Shown here: piece after piece, positions 1 through 9,296 of the stretch
Layout: the number at the start of each line of letters is the position of its first letter
Numbering within the stretch: the stretch's first letter is position 1
The notes under the pieces: model-generated
What the model was told of the DNA's origin: nothing
The model's input: the letters and a program-made list of their open reading frames with translations, nothing else
Databases searched by the model: none
Assembly (NCBI GenBank): GCA_963718575.1
Contig: OY970358.1
Coordinates: 194,172 to 258,171, forward strand
From: an uncultured bacterium
GTDB lineage: Bacteria; Patescibacteriota; Minisyncoccia; UBA6257; 2-01-FULL-56-20
Length of the DNA: 64,000 nucleotides
Direction of reading: 5' to 3'
Made by a program: the position numbers and the translations under genes

Positions 1-231
1 CGCTTTGCAATTCGGGCAGATGATCATCACTTTGGAAGCGGCGATCGGGCGCGAGACCGCAACGACCTGGCCTTTCTCTCCCTGCTTGCGCGGTTTGGAT
101 CGCTTTTTGAACACGTTCAATCCGTCGATCATGATGCGGCCCTCTTCCGGGTACGCGCGCAAAATCACCCCGGTCTTGCCCCGATCCTTGCCGGATAAAA
201 TCTTTACGTTGTCTCCTTTCTTGAGGTTCAT
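1..231 (-). CDS. rplX: 50S ribosomal protein L24, partial (3' end lies beyond window start)
   Basis: RC translation from ATG at 231..229 gives MNLKKGDNVKILSGKDRGKTGVILRAYPEEGRIMIDGLNVFKKRSKPRKQGEKGQVVAVSRPIAASKVMI (KOW-type L24). Sits directly downstream of rplN. Runs off the window edge. Confidence 0.8.
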   Translation of the reverse strand, partial: MNLKKGDNVKILSGKDRGKTGVILRAYPEEGRIMIDGLNVFKKRSKPRKQGEKGQVVAVSRPIAASKVMIICPNCKA

Positions 232-241
232 GAAAATAGTG

Positions 242-610
242 TTAAACGATTTCTTCCGCCATCGTCATTAATTTCTCGTTGCCCTTTTCCTTGAGCTCGC
301 GCGGGAGCGGACCGAAGATACGGGTCGCCACCGGCTCTTTTTTTGCATCGATCAACACGACCGCATTCTCGTCGAAGCGGACGTACGAACCGTCGCTGCG
401 GCGCAAGGCGCTCTTCGTGCGGACCACCATCACCTTCACCACGTCTTTCTTCTTCACCGTCTTGCGGGGTTCCGCGCTCTGCACGGAAGCGACGATGACA
501 TCGCCCACGCCGGCATAACGGTGATGGGTCCCGCCGAGGATGCGGAAACAACGCACCACCTTGGCACCGCTGTTATCCGCAACTTTTATGACTGATCGTT
601 CTTGTATCAT
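242..610 (-). CDS. rplN: 50S ribosomal protein L14
   Basis: 122-aa ORF MIQERSVIKVADNSGAKVV...RTKSALRRSDGSYVRFDENAVVL, a classic L14 sequence. Operon position between S17 and L24. Confidence 0.95.
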   Translation of the reverse strand: MIQERSVIKVADNSGAKVVRCFRILGGTHHRYAGVGDVIVASVQSAEPRKTVKKKDVVKVMVVRTKSALRRSDGSYVRFDENAVVLIDAKKEPVATRIFGPLPRELKEKGNEKLMTMAEEIV

Positions 611-620
611 AGCTCTATAA

Positions 621-881
621 TTATGCGATCTTGTTTATGATCCTCCAGCGCTTTTCGCGCGAGAGCGGGCGGGATTCCTCGATCGTGACCTTATCCCCCG
701 TCTTGTACTCGTTGTTCTCGTCGTGCGCTTTGAACTTGGTCGTTACCTTGTAGTACTTGAGGTACTTCGGATGCTTCTTCAGGCTCGCCACCGCAACCAC
801 GCGCGTCTTCGTCATCTTGTCAGAGACGACCACGCCGATGATCTTCCGGATCTTTTTAATTTGTTCTTGGTTATTTGGCAT
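621..881 (-). CDS. rpsQ: 30S ribosomal protein S17
   Basis: 86-aa ORF ...[17 protein letters not shown]...[29 protein letters not shown]. Position after L29. Confidence 0.9.
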   Translation of the reverse strand: MPNNQEQIKKIRKIIGVVVSDKMTKTRVVAVASLKKHPKYLKYYKVTTKFKAHDENNEYKTGDKVTIEESRPLSREKRWRIINKIA

Positions 882-1080
882 TGTTTTGCATATGGATGAA
901 TGTCTTCGCGCGGGCGATCAGTTTGCGCGTGTGGTGAAGCTCGTTCACATTCTTCACTTTTCCGGCCGCCAGGTCAAATCGCAGTGCGCGCAATTTCTCT
1001 CCCGAATCCAAAACCAGGCGTTCCAATTCGCCGAGTGGCTTGTTCTTCAATTCCTGGATTTCTTTCTTTTTCATGGTCAT
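871..1080 (-). CDS. rpmC: 50S ribosomal protein L29
   Basis: 69-aa helical [64 protein letters not shown]. Lies between L16 and S17. Confidence 0.85.
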   Translation of the reverse strand: MTMKKKEIQELKNKPLGELERLVLDSGEKLRALRFDLAAGKVKNVNELHHTRKLIARAKTFIHMQNNAK

Positions 1081-1090
1081 AATAGCAAAA

Positions 1091-1502
<412 letters not shown>

Positions 1503-1513
1503 GGTAGTGAGTA

Positions 1514-2233
1514 TTAATAGTTGCCAGATGATGGCTTACGGCGTGCGCGGCCGGCCTCTTCGTCTTCTTGTTTGGCGGTCTTTGCAAAAACCTCTCCTTT
1601 ATATATCCAAACGTGGATGCCGATTGTGCCATACGTTGTGTACGCAGTGGCGGTTGAATAATCAATATCAGCGCGGAGCGTCTGTAACGGCAAGGAACCT
1701 TTTGAAAGGTGCTCATTGCGCGCGATCTCGTTACCGTCAAGACGACCCTTCATGAGGATCTTTGCGCCCTTCACGTCGCGGTTCTGCAATATCTGCTCCA
1801 GATATTTCTTCATGGTGCGACGGAAGCGGATGCGCTTCTCCAAATCCCATGCGATTTGCTGTGCGGTATAGCGGGCGGAAACATCCGAGCGCTTCAGTTC
1901 CTCTACGTTCAAGCTGAGCGCAACCTTCGAGCGCGTCTTGCGTACCTTCATGAGCGCATCGACGACGGCCTTGTTGAGATCCTCCATACCCTTGCCTCCG
2001 CGGCCGATGATGAGTCCCGGGCGGGCGGCGCGGATGAACACGCGAAGATTTCCCTGCGTGCGCTCGATCTCGATCGCGGCGACGCCGGCGAGCGCGATCT
2101 TCTTGTTGATTGTATTGCGGATCGCTTCATCCTCCTCAAGGAACTTGGCATAGCCGCCCTTAAGGAACCAGCGCACCGGCCAGCCTTTCGAGACGCCCAA
2201 CCGATATGAATTTGGATTGATCTTTTGTCCCAT
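1514..2233 (-). CDS. rpsC: 30S ribosomal protein S3
   Basis: 239-aa [21 protein letters not shown]...KH domain...[11 protein letters not shown] with a basic tail. Intact. Confidence 0.95.
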   Translation of the reverse strand: MGQKINPNSYRLGVSKGWPVRWFLKGGYAKFLEEDEAIRNTINKKIALAGVAAIEIERTQGNLRVFIRAARPGLIIGRGGKGMEDLNKAVVDALMKVRKTRSKVALSLNVEELKRSDVSARYTAQQIAWDLEKRIRFRRTMKKYLEQILQNRDVKGAKILMKGRLDGNEIARNEHLSKGSLPLQTLRADIDYSTATAYTTYGTIGIHVWIYKGEVFAKTAKQEDEEAGRARRKPSSGNY

Positions 2234-2238
2234 GGTGA

Positions 2239-2758
2239 TTATTTATCGCCGCTCTTACGGCCAAAATTTCTGCGCCAGAATCCCGGGTTCTGCTTCGATT
2301 CCGTGAGCGGTTTATCGCCCGGCGCTTTCGGCTTCTTGTTCTTTGAACGCACATCCTGGCCCGGCGGAAGTTTTGCCTTCTTCGGAGGCACGATCGTAAA
2401 GCGCGACTTCAAGTTCTCGTTGACGCCGAGCACCAACGTGACGTGGCTCATCTTCTTCTGGATCGGCGACGCACTGCCGCGCGCGCGCGGAAGCATGCGC
2501 TTCAACATCGGGCCGCCGTCAACGCGGACGCTCGATACAAAAAGATGCTGAGGATCTGCGTGTTTGTTATTTTTAGCATTCGCAACGGCCGAACGCAAGA
2601 GTTTCAAAAGCGGCTGCGAAGGGCGGCGGGTCGGTCACGATCAATTGCGCCTCGGCTTCGTTCACCGGCAATCCCTTGATGAGGTCTCCAACGCTGCGTA
2701 CCTTGCGGGGCGCCATGCGGAGGAAACTTATTTTTGCCGAGTATTCTTTGGATTCCAT
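2239..2758 (-). CDS. rplV: 50S ribosomal protein L22, split by an apparent frameshift (~2610-2640), with an unusual ~55-aa basic C-terminal extension
   Basis: N-terminal half (MESKEYSAKISFLRMAPRKVRSVGDLIKG...) is in ORF 2573..2758. C-terminal half (SAVANAKNN...VDGGPMLKRMLPRARGSASPIQKKMSHVTLVL) is in ORF 2239..2607. The two frames overlap. Confidence 0.85.
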
Positions 2759-2763
2759 GGATG

Positions 2764-3102
2764 TTATTTCTTAGCGGGCGCGGCCTTTGCGGCTGCAGCC
2801 TGGGTCTTAGCGGTCTCGGTAGCTTTGATCTCGAGTTCCTTCTGCATCTTGCCTCCGTGACGGATGAACTTCTTGGTCGGCGAGAATTCACCGAGACGAT
2901 GTCCTACCATTTCTTCCGTTACGCGCACTTCAACGTGCGTGCGGCCGTTATGGACGCCGAACACCTGCCCCACGAATTCCGGAGCGATCTCCGAAGCGCG
3001 CGACCACGTCTTGATGACCGTGCCGCTGCCGGACTTGGTATTCAAAACCTTCTTCATAAGTTTTGGATCGACGAACGGGCCTTTTTTGAGTGAACGTGAC
3101 AT
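2764..3102 (-). CDS. rpsS: 30S ribosomal protein S19
   Basis: [19 protein letters not shown]...[29 protein letters not shown] is canonical S19. Confidence 0.95.
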   Translation of the reverse strand: MSRSLKKGPFVDPKLMKKVLNTKSGSGTVIKTWSRASEIAPEFVGQVFGVHNGRTHVEVRVTEEMVGHRLGEFSPTKKFIRHGGKMQKELEIKATETAKTQAAAAKAAPAKK

Positions 3103-3119
3103 GATAGTGAATTTAAAGA

Positions 3120-3969
3120 CTATTTATTGTTGCGGTTACGCAAGCTGACGCGCCGCTTGACGATAAATTTGCTCGACTTGTTCTTCTTGTTGCGCGTCTT
3201 GTGACCGCCGGTGACCTTGCCCCACATGGTCTTCGGTTTTCGGGTGCCGCGCGGCTGTGCGCCTTCACCGCCTCCGTACGGATGATCAACCGGGTTCATA
3301 GCACTGCCGCGGACCGTCGGACGGATGCCCATCCAGCGCGAACGGCCGGCCTTGCCAAAGTTTACGAGCGACCATTCCGAGTTCGAAACCTGACCGAGCG
3401 ATGCAAGGCACGTCCAGAGGACGCGGCGGACCTCGCCCGAGTTGAGCTTGAGGTCGGTGTAGTTATCGGCATTGGCCAAGACTTCTGCATACGCACCGGC
3501 GGAGCGGGCGAGCTGTCCGCCGCGTCCCGGTGCCATTTCAATATTATAAACCTGCTGACCAACCGGAATGTTCTTGAGTTGCATGCGGTTTGCCGCCCTT
3601 GATCGGCGCCGCCTCCGCAGTCACGATCTCATCCCCTACCTTCAACTTTTCCGGCGCCAAAATGTATGTCTTCGTTCCGTCGGTGTATTTTACGAGCGCG
3701 ATGAACGCGGTGCGATACGGATCGTACTCGATCGTCTCGACGATCGCTTTGGAATTCAAACGGTCCTGTTTGAAGTCGATCACGCGATAGAGCTTCTTGT
3801 TGCCGCCGCCCTGATGGCGTACAGTGATGCGGCCTGCGGAGTTGCGGCCGGAATGCGTCTTCAAGCGAACCACGAGCGGCTTATAAGGACGCGCGCCCTT
3901 GGTCAGGGTGCTGTAGTCCGAAGACGTCATGTTGCGCCGCGAAGCGCTTGTTGGCTTGAAGGATTTCAT
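3120..3969 (-). CDS. rplB: 50S ribosomal protein L2, interrupted by an apparent 1-nt insertion near 3589
   Basis: N-terminal 141 aa (ORF 3544..3969: ...[22 protein letters not shown]...) and C-terminal 154 aa (ORF 3120..3584: [16 protein letters not shown]...HPYGGGEG...) are both L2. Removing one A in AAACCGC restores [15 protein letters not shown]. Confidence 0.9.
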
Positions 3970-3973
3970 GAAA

Positions 3974-4253
3974 TTAGTTCAGATCGATTTTTTGCCCCTC
4001 TTTAATAGTGACGATCGCCTTGCGATATCCTTCTTGGTCGCCCCTTGATGCCGCGGCCGGATTTCTTCATCTTGCCCGCGCGATTCACCATGTTCACACC
4101 AACCACGTCCACTTTATAGAGCGCATGGATAGCTTTCTTTACCTCCGGCTTCGTCGCAGCGGATTTTACCATAAAAACGTACTGATTGGAAGTGGTCAGC
4201 ATCGTTGCTTTCTCCGTGATCCAGGGTTTTTTGATGAGAAGATGGTCGGTCAT
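3974..4253 (-). CDS. rplW: 50S ribosomal protein L23, C-terminal frameshift near 4025
   Basis: MTDHLLIKKPWITEKATMLTTSNQYVFMVKSAATKPEVKKAIHALYKVDVVGVNMV is L23. The conserved end ...KAIVTIKEGQKIDLN* is found only in the adjacent frame, ending at TAA 3974..3976. ATG overlaps the rplD stop (ATGA). Confidence 0.8.
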
Positions 4254-4907
4254 GGCGGTATTATATCTTGTAATGCTTTTCGATCGCTTCCGACGGCGCT
4301 CTTGTCGATAAAGAGGTTCTTGTGGTTCATGATGTCGTAAATATTGAGCGAGCCGGCCTCGATCGTCTTTGTTTTCTGGAGGTTGCTCGTCGCGCGGAAC
4401 AAGATTCTTGTTCGCGTTATCCGACACCAAAAGCACATCAAAGCGCTTATCGCCCTTCTTTGGCGACAAGACCATCTTCAACGCCGACGCAACAGTCTTC
4501 GTCTTTGGCGTCTCGACAACAAGCGTGTCGAAGATCTTCACCTCGCCATCTTTTATCTTTTTGGAAAGCACGGAAAAGAGCGCGACGCGCTTCATCTTCT
4601 TGTTCACCTTCTGCGAATAGTCCTTGTCATTGCGGGGTCCATGCGCTTTTCCGCCGCCTACCCAGATCGGAGAGCGGGTGGAACCGTGACGAGCGCGGCC
4701 CGTTCCCTTCTGCCGCCACGGCTTCTTGCCGCCGCCGCGCACTTCGCTGCGATCCATCACGTGCGCCCACGGCTGGCGCGCATTTGCGAGCTGAGCTTCC
4801 AACACCTGCTGAACGAGTGTCGCATTCCACTTCGTACCAAAAACCGTCGCGGGCAATTCCACCGTTCCCACCACTTCGTTCTTTAAATTGTAGACGTCGG
4901 CTTTCAT
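4250..4907 (-). CDS. rplD: 50S ribosomal protein L4, interrupted by an apparent 1-nt indel near 4398
   Basis: First 170 aa (MKADVYNLKNEVVGTVELP...GGGKKPWRQKGTGRARHGSTRSPIWVGGGKAHGPRNDKDY...) are L4. The continuation RATSNLQKTKTIEAGSLNIYDIMNHKNLFIDKSAV is found only in ORF 4250..4441, in another frame. Confidence 0.85.
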
Positions 4908-4912
4908 GGAAG

Positions 4913-5476
4913 TTATTTGGAAGATGAAATTTCGATCAATCCGCCGCGGCCGCCCGGAACGGCGCCCTTAAGGAAAAGCAAATTGTTTTCTTTATCGATT
5001 GCGGCAACGACGAGGTTCTTGATCGTGACGCGGTCAACACCCATGTGTCCTGCCATGCGGCGGCCCGGGACGACGCGCTGGAAAGCGGTCGAGCCGATGG
5101 AGCCCGGCGCGCGGTGACGATTCTTCTGACCGTGGGTTTTAGGACCGCCGCGGAAGTTGTAGCGCTTGACGACGCCCTGGAAACCGCGACCCTTCGTGAT
5201 GCCGCTCACGCGCACCTTGTCGCCTTCTACAAACGAATCAACGCCGACCAAATCATCAATTTTTAACGTAGAAATATCCACCTTCTGATTGGGGCGGTTC
5301 TTGAACTCGCGCTTCTTCTTGCCCAACGTCAATTGGACGGCCTCATAGCCGTCGCGCTCTGCGGTGCGCACGATGGAAACCTTGTTCGGTTCCGCCTGGA
5401 CGACCGTAACCGGAAAGACTTTTCCGTCCTTCCAAATCTGCGTCATTTTAAGTTTTTTGCCTAAGATATATGACAT
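4913..5476 (-). CDS. rplC: 50S ribosomal protein L3
   Basis: MSYILGKKLKMTQIWKDGKVFPVTVV...GITKGRGFQGVVKRYNFRGGPKTHGQKNRHRAPGSIG is L3. The 24-codon upstream extension in the ORF track is likely non-coding. Start chosen at the conserved MxxILGKK. Confidence 0.9.
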   Translation of the reverse strand: MSYILGKKLKMTQIWKDGKVFPVTVVQAEPNKVSIVRTAERDGYEAVQLTLGKKKREFKNRPNQKVDISTLKIDDLVGVDSFVEGDKVRVSGITKGRGFQGVVKRYNFRGGPKTHGQKNRHRAPGSIGSTAFQRVVPGRRMAGHMGVDRVTIKNLVVAAIDKENNLLFLKGAVPGGRGGLIEISSSK

Positions 5477-5488
5477 TTTCTTGATCGT

Positions 5489-5564
5489 TTCCGAGTGAAG
5501 TACTATCTCCCTCACTACCGCGTAGGAACGCTCAAACGTTCGGGACACAGTACTTCACTCGGAA
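5489..5564 (-). promoter_or_regulatory. 16-bp perfect inverted repeat (ttccgagtgaagtact / agtacttcactcggaa, 44-nt loop) immediately upstream of rplC; candidate leader hairpin/attenuator
   Basis: Seen directly in sequence. Position is just 5' of the rplC start codon, at the junction between the inserted block and the rest of the S10 cluster. Confidence 0.4.
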
Positions 5565-5583
5565 AATCCAGTAATAAATTATT

Positions 5584-5611
5584 AAACTCCGGTTCTGACA
5601 CCGGAGTTTTT
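5584..5611. terminator. GC hairpin (ctccggt-tctgaca-ccggag) followed by TTTTT; intrinsic-terminator-like
   Basis: Stem-loop plus T-run in sequence. Lies between the NUDIX gene and rplC. Confidence 0.4.
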
Positions 5612-5804
5612 AGCACAATCAACCGACCTACCCCGCTTTTAGACGGGATCCAGAGAAAACGGCGACCGTTTTTCTGCGCCTGGCCCGCGAACACGTTTCG
5701 CGTTCATAGCCGAGGCATAAGGGGTAAATATTTGCATAAAAACTACCGAGCAAACCTTGATGACGATTATAGCAAAGCGGGCGGTAAAGTCAAATGGGGT
5801 CTCT

Positions 5805-5922
5805 GCCTCCTGGCTTCGCATACCCTTTTGAGGGACGGGTTCCGCGCTGCTGCGCGGCCCCTTACGCTCGCCGCCTTCGCGGCTCCGCGATACCCTCAAA
5901 AGGGTATGCGAAGCCAGGAGGC
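5805..5922. repeat. Structured repeat element, copy A: 30-bp perfect inverted-repeat arms around a 58-nt core
   Basis: Arms gcctcctggcttcgcatacccttttgaggg and its exact reverse complement. The core shares ~80% identity with the element at 51345..51459 (gttccg...ctgctg...cggcc...cctta.gctc...gccttcgcg..tccg) although the arm sequences differ. Confidence 0.6.
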
Positions 5923-5959
5923 CAAAATCACCGTTTGGCGTATGCGCCCGCTATGAAAA

Positions 5960-6409
5960 TTATTTTAGATGCTTTTCGAAATAAGCTCTATATCTTTCAA
6001 AAGTATAAGCAAAACCGCCATGAAGTGGCTGTGGTAATTTGTCTATTTTATACCATCCTAGCTCCTCGATTTTTTCCGGTTCTCCGTTCTTAACCTCCGC
6101 AGGGTCAACAAGTATGAAAAATGGCACGGCGATCCAATGGGTTTTGACGCCGTCTTGATCGCGAAAAATATCATGCGCTGGCAATTGTTCCTGAACAACT
6201 CCCTTACAGCCGTACTCCTCCATAACTTCTTTTAAAACGTTTTCCTCCAATGAAATTTCAAATTCCATTTTCCCCGAACCGGTATCCCATCGGCCATGTT
6301 CATCTCTGCACTTTATTGTTCGTTTGTGCATCAGAAGATTCCCCTTTCCGTCATGACAATAAAACGGGGTGGTAACTCCAATAAAATCAAAGCCGATTTT
6401 CATATGCAT
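5960..6409 (-). CDS. NUDIX hydrolase
   Basis: Nudix box GSGKMEFEISLEENVLKEVMEEYGCKG (Gx5Ex7REVxEExG). 149 aa. Local GC is clearly lower than in the ribosomal genes. Confidence 0.7.
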   Translation of the reverse strand: MHMKIGFDFIGVTTPFYCHDGKGNLLMHKRTIKCRDEHGRWDTGSGKMEFEISLEENVLKEVMEEYGCKGVVQEQLPAHDIFRDQDGVKTHWIAVPFFILVDPAEVKNGEPEKIEELGWYKIDKLPQPLHGGFAYTFERYRAYFEKHLK

Positions 6410-6462
6410 AGTTTATGATGGGAATTATGTACAGGCTAATAGAATTTGTGCCAATCTTGCAG

Positions 6463-7095
6463 TTAAAACAGATATCGCCCCGAAGCCCAGCCTCGCTTTC
6501 CGGGCGGCGCAATGGCTTTTACTGCGTTGCCATCTATATATAACTCATCCTGGACAATTTCGCCTTTTCGAATAGCTTCTTCCCATGCCTGAGTTGGTTC
6601 TTTACCCCACGGAAGCCATGGCGTCAGGTCGTCCATAATAATAACGGTGTCAGGGCGAGCAAGCGCTTTCATATTATCAATATCTGCTTTTACGATTTCG
6701 TACTCGTGACCGCCATCAATAAAGATGAGGTCGAATTTTTGATCGGGATTCTGCGCTGAAAATTCTGGCACTGTTTTTGTCGAATCGCCAAGAATGAGTT
6801 TGTGCCTTCCGGGAAATTTGCGATTAATAATTTGCTTTGCGCCGGAAACGAATGAATGCGTTCCGATATCGAATGAAACTACCGCTATATCCTTCCGCGC
6901 TTTAAGAAATGCATACGAAGAAAATCCAAGGTGAAAACCAATTTCTGCGATGCTTTTTACATTCGGCCGCTTTGCTGTTTTATAAAGATATTGTAATTCC
7001 TGCGGAGAAGAAGCTCCTTCATTGATTTTATAACCACGCAATCGAAGCTCCCCATAGATCAGTCCTTGCGCGATATTAAATCGAAACGAGTTCAT
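6463..7095 (-). CDS. Class I SAM-dependent methyltransferase (Methyltransf_24/TylF-CmcI-like)
   Basis: Glycine-rich SAM motif IAEIGFHLGFSS and DLIFIDGGHEYE, typical of the O-methyltransferase/CmcI family. AT-richer than flanking sequence. Confidence 0.6.
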   Translation of the reverse strand: MNSFRFNIAQGLIYGELRLRGYKINEGASSPQELQYLYKTAKRPNVKSIAEIGFHLGFSSYAFLKARKDIAVVSFDIGTHSFVSGAKQIINRKFPGRHKLILGDSTKTVPEFSAQNPDQKFDLIFIDGGHEYEIVKADIDNMKALARPDTVIIMDDLTPWLPWGKEPTQAWEEAIRKGEIVQDELYIDGNAVKAIAPPGKRGWASGRYLF

Positions 7096-7103
7096 TTATC
7101 GGA

Positions 7104-7661
7104 TTATTCGAGTATTATTTTAAGTAATTCCGGAAATTCCTCCGTTCGCACTTCGTCGTCTCCGGCATAGTGTCCCCTTCCTTTCAATTCGATGATTGTC
7201 CCGCCCAGGGCATCGTGAAACATTTTCAAACTTTTTTTGCCATTCTCCGCTTCGTTGTCGGCGGTGAACATGACGATGTTATTTACCCGCGATTTAATCG
7301 TTTCATCTATCGCATAATTATAAAACTTTATCTTCTCCTTGCTGCTCGTGCCGATCTTCCACGGGGCGACAAGAATAAGCTTATCGATTTTTCTCTTTGA
7401 ATCGCCAAGCCAACGGACGAGAAACGCGCATCCGCAGCTGTGCCCGATCAGCGTCGTCTCCTCGTTTATTTCTTTCTTTTCAAATTCCGATTTCCACTTC
7501 TCATAGCTCGGTACCCAAGACTCTGGCATTTGGGGTGTTGTGGCTGGTATGCCATGGGCAATCAATGTTTTTTGAATCCACGAGATCCAGTGTCTATCGT
7601 CTGGTTTTATATTCTCCTGCGGACCAGAGGAACATCCGTGGATAATGATTGCGTTTTTCAT
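7104..7661 (-). CDS. Alpha/beta-hydrolase, YdeN/RBBP9-like serine hydrolase
   Basis: Start chosen at MKNAIIIHGCSSGPQEN. GxSxG nucleophile motif GHSCG. The ORF-track N-terminal 70 aa is an alternative-frame read-through into the upstream gene. Confidence 0.55.
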   Translation of the reverse strand: MKNAIIIHGCSSGPQENIKPDDRHWISWIQKTLIAHGIPATTPQMPESWVPSYEKWKSEFEKKEINEETTLIGHSCGCAFLVRWLGDSKRKIDKLILVAPWKIGTSSKEKIKFYNYAIDETIKSRVNNIVMFTADNEAENGKKSLKMFHDALGGTIIELKGRGHYAGDDEVRTEEFPELLKIILE

Positions 7662-7668
7662 CTCGCTT

Positions 7669-8208
7669 CTACTTCCGCACCTCGATCCCGCCGAACACGG
7701 CGTCGCCGTGGATGACGAGCGTGACCGCGCCGTCGCCGCCTTGAGCGTTGCTTGTGTCCACGCCACCGAGGAAGACGTTCGCGGTGGAGACCACTTTCCA
7801 ATCCTTGGGGATGGTGATCTGGATGCCGCTGAATATTGATGAGACTTCGAGGTGGATCTCGCTGCCGTCAACCTTGACCTGGGTGAGGTCGATCTCGCCG
7901 CCGGAGAAGACCATGACGATCTTCCCTCCTTTAAAGTGCTCGGTAGCGTAGGAACGGTTCAGCGCGCTGAAAATGGCAACTTCGTCGATGGTGCGTTCGC
8001 CGGATGCGGGCGCTGCTGTGCCGTGGTCGTGACCATGATCGTGGTGATGATCATCCCAGTGCCAGCCGTCAGCCACCGAACGGCGCGCGATCATGCGAAC
8101 GCCGATCGCAATGAGGACGAGAGCAAAGAGAAAGCCGAAAAACGGGATGCCAGTGAGAGCGCTGATACCGATGAGTATTAAGATGATGCCAACGATGAGT
8201 CCTCCCAT
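7669..8208 (-). CDS. Membrane protein with LiaF-like/DUF2154 (toast-rack) C-terminal domain and a His-rich linker
   Basis: N-terminal TM helix. HWDDHHHDHGHDHG His cluster. C-terminal beta-rich repeat ...GEIDLTQVKVDG...VIHGDAVFGGIEV resembles cell-wall stress LiaF C-termini. Confidence 0.4.
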   Translation of the reverse strand: MGGLIVGIILILIGISALTGIPFFGFLFALVLIAIGVRMIARRSVADGWHWDDHHHDHGHDHGTAAPASGERTIDEVAIFSALNRSYATEHFKGGKIVMVFSGGEIDLTQVKVDGSEIHLEVSSIFSGIQITIPKDWKVVSTANVFLGGVDTSNAQGGDGAVTLVIHGDAVFGGIEVRK

Positions 8209-8224
8209 GGTTTTTGTTACGAGT

Positions 8225-8830
8225 TTAATATTGCGTGTGCGTGTTTTGGATCGCGGCCATGACGGTGGGCGAAAGCGAGCTCACGACCGGCGAATTGGTT
8301 TTGACGAGGCCGTAGAGGATGACGGCGACGAGGAACGCGACCGCGAGAAGGAACACGATGAATCGCGCAAACCAGTGGCGGCCGAGCACGATGCTCGCGC
8401 CCCACAAGATGAGCAAGATCGGCCAGAACGGCGCGATCGCCAGCCAGAAACCGTGCGAGACGAAGCCCATCGTATAGAGCAATCCAACGACGCCCACAAA
8501 AAGCACGATCATCCCAAAGAACAGGCCGCCCTCGTGATGATGATCGCGGCGCCAGTCTTCGCGCTGCATCCGGCGCTCGGCGCGCTGTTGATCCCGTTGC
8601 TCGTGATGATGCTGCTTCCACCCATCCTTGCGCGCACGCCAGTCTTCTTTGGTCTCTGATTTGGCATCGGACGCGGTCTTCCTCCAATCCGCGCCGCCAT
8701 GCTCCCCTGACGTATTTACGTCCATGCCAAAAACCTGCACATGTGGGCGCGGGCCACCCTGCCCGACTTCTTGCTTGGCCTCGACTTCACTGGCGTTATT
8801 TTCCTGCTCCTGCTTGTTTTCTTCATCCAT
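8225..8830 (-). CDS. Polytopic membrane protein with acidic/His-rich cytoplasmic N-terminus (hypothetical; PspC/LiaF-TM-like)
   Basis: 201 aa. Charged N-terminal half (HHHEQRDQQRAERRMQREDWRRDHHHEGG) then 4 predicted TM helices. Co-oriented with the LiaF-like gene. Confidence 0.35.
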   Translation of the reverse strand: MDEENKQEQENNASEVEAKQEVGQGGPRPHVQVFGMDVNTSGEHGGADWRKTASDAKSETKEDWRARKDGWKQHHHEQRDQQRAERRMQREDWRRDHHHEGGLFFGMIVLFVGVVGLLYTMGFVSHGFWLAIAPFWPILLILWGASIVLGRHWFARFIVFLLAVAFLVAVILYGLVKTNSPVVSSLSPTVMAAIQNTHTQY

Positions 8831-8851
8831 AAAACCATTATAGCACGAACT

Positions 8852-9232
8852 CTAGACGCGCTCCTCTAGAGTATTCACGCGTTCGTTCATCCCCTCAATT
8901 AATATTTTAAGCGAGCCGTATCCTTCCAACGTAAAATCAAATTTTGAATCTAATTTTTCGAGCAAGAGGCCGGTCTTTTTATTTGATTCTTCGAAACGAT
9001 CTATCCTCTTTTCAAAAAGATTCATCCGTTCATCTAACCTCTCTGCCACTGAATCCATTTTGCCGGCAATAAGAAGCATTCTTCCATCCACTCCGTTCTT
9101 TAAATGGTCAAACTTATCATCAAACGCAATAACAAGCCCGTCCATCTTCTTATCGATGGCCCCCACCTTGCCCTCAAGGGTTTCAACCCTCTTATCCAGA
9201 TTTTTTAAAAGAATATTTTCCTTTTCAAGCAT
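8852..9232 (-). CDS. Small coiled-coil protein, paralog family member 1
   Basis: 126-aa heptad-rich ORF. Promoter/upstream motif is shared with 19197..19481 and 55026..55388. Confidence 0.5.
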   Translation of the reverse strand: MLEKENILLKNLDKRVETLEGKVGAIDKKMDGLVIAFDDKFDHLKNGVDGRMLLIAGKMDSVAERLDERMNLFEKRIDRFEESNKKTGLLLEKLDSKFDFTLEGYGSLKILIEGMNERVNTLEERV

Positions 9233-9238
9233 GCACTT

Positions 9239-9266
9239 ATTTTAGAAGCGCAAGAGAATAAGTCAA
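9239..9266 (-). promoter_or_regulatory. Sigma70-like promoter TTGACT-N16-TAAAAT placing the TSS at or near the ATG (leaderless)
   Basis: RC of 9233..9266 reads TTGACTtattctcttgcgcttcTAAAATaagtgcATG. Nearly identical arrangement upstream of 19197..19481. Confidence 0.5.
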
Positions 9267-9296
9267 AAACTTTTTAAGAAATTTTTAATGTTTAGT

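Noticed and set aside
7662-7871. N-terminal 70-aa extension of the alpha/beta-hydrolase ORF in the ORF track
   Set aside because: The extension is Ser/Arg-rich, overlaps the upstream LiaF-like gene in another frame, and the conserved hydrolase N-terminus begins at MKNAIIIHG.
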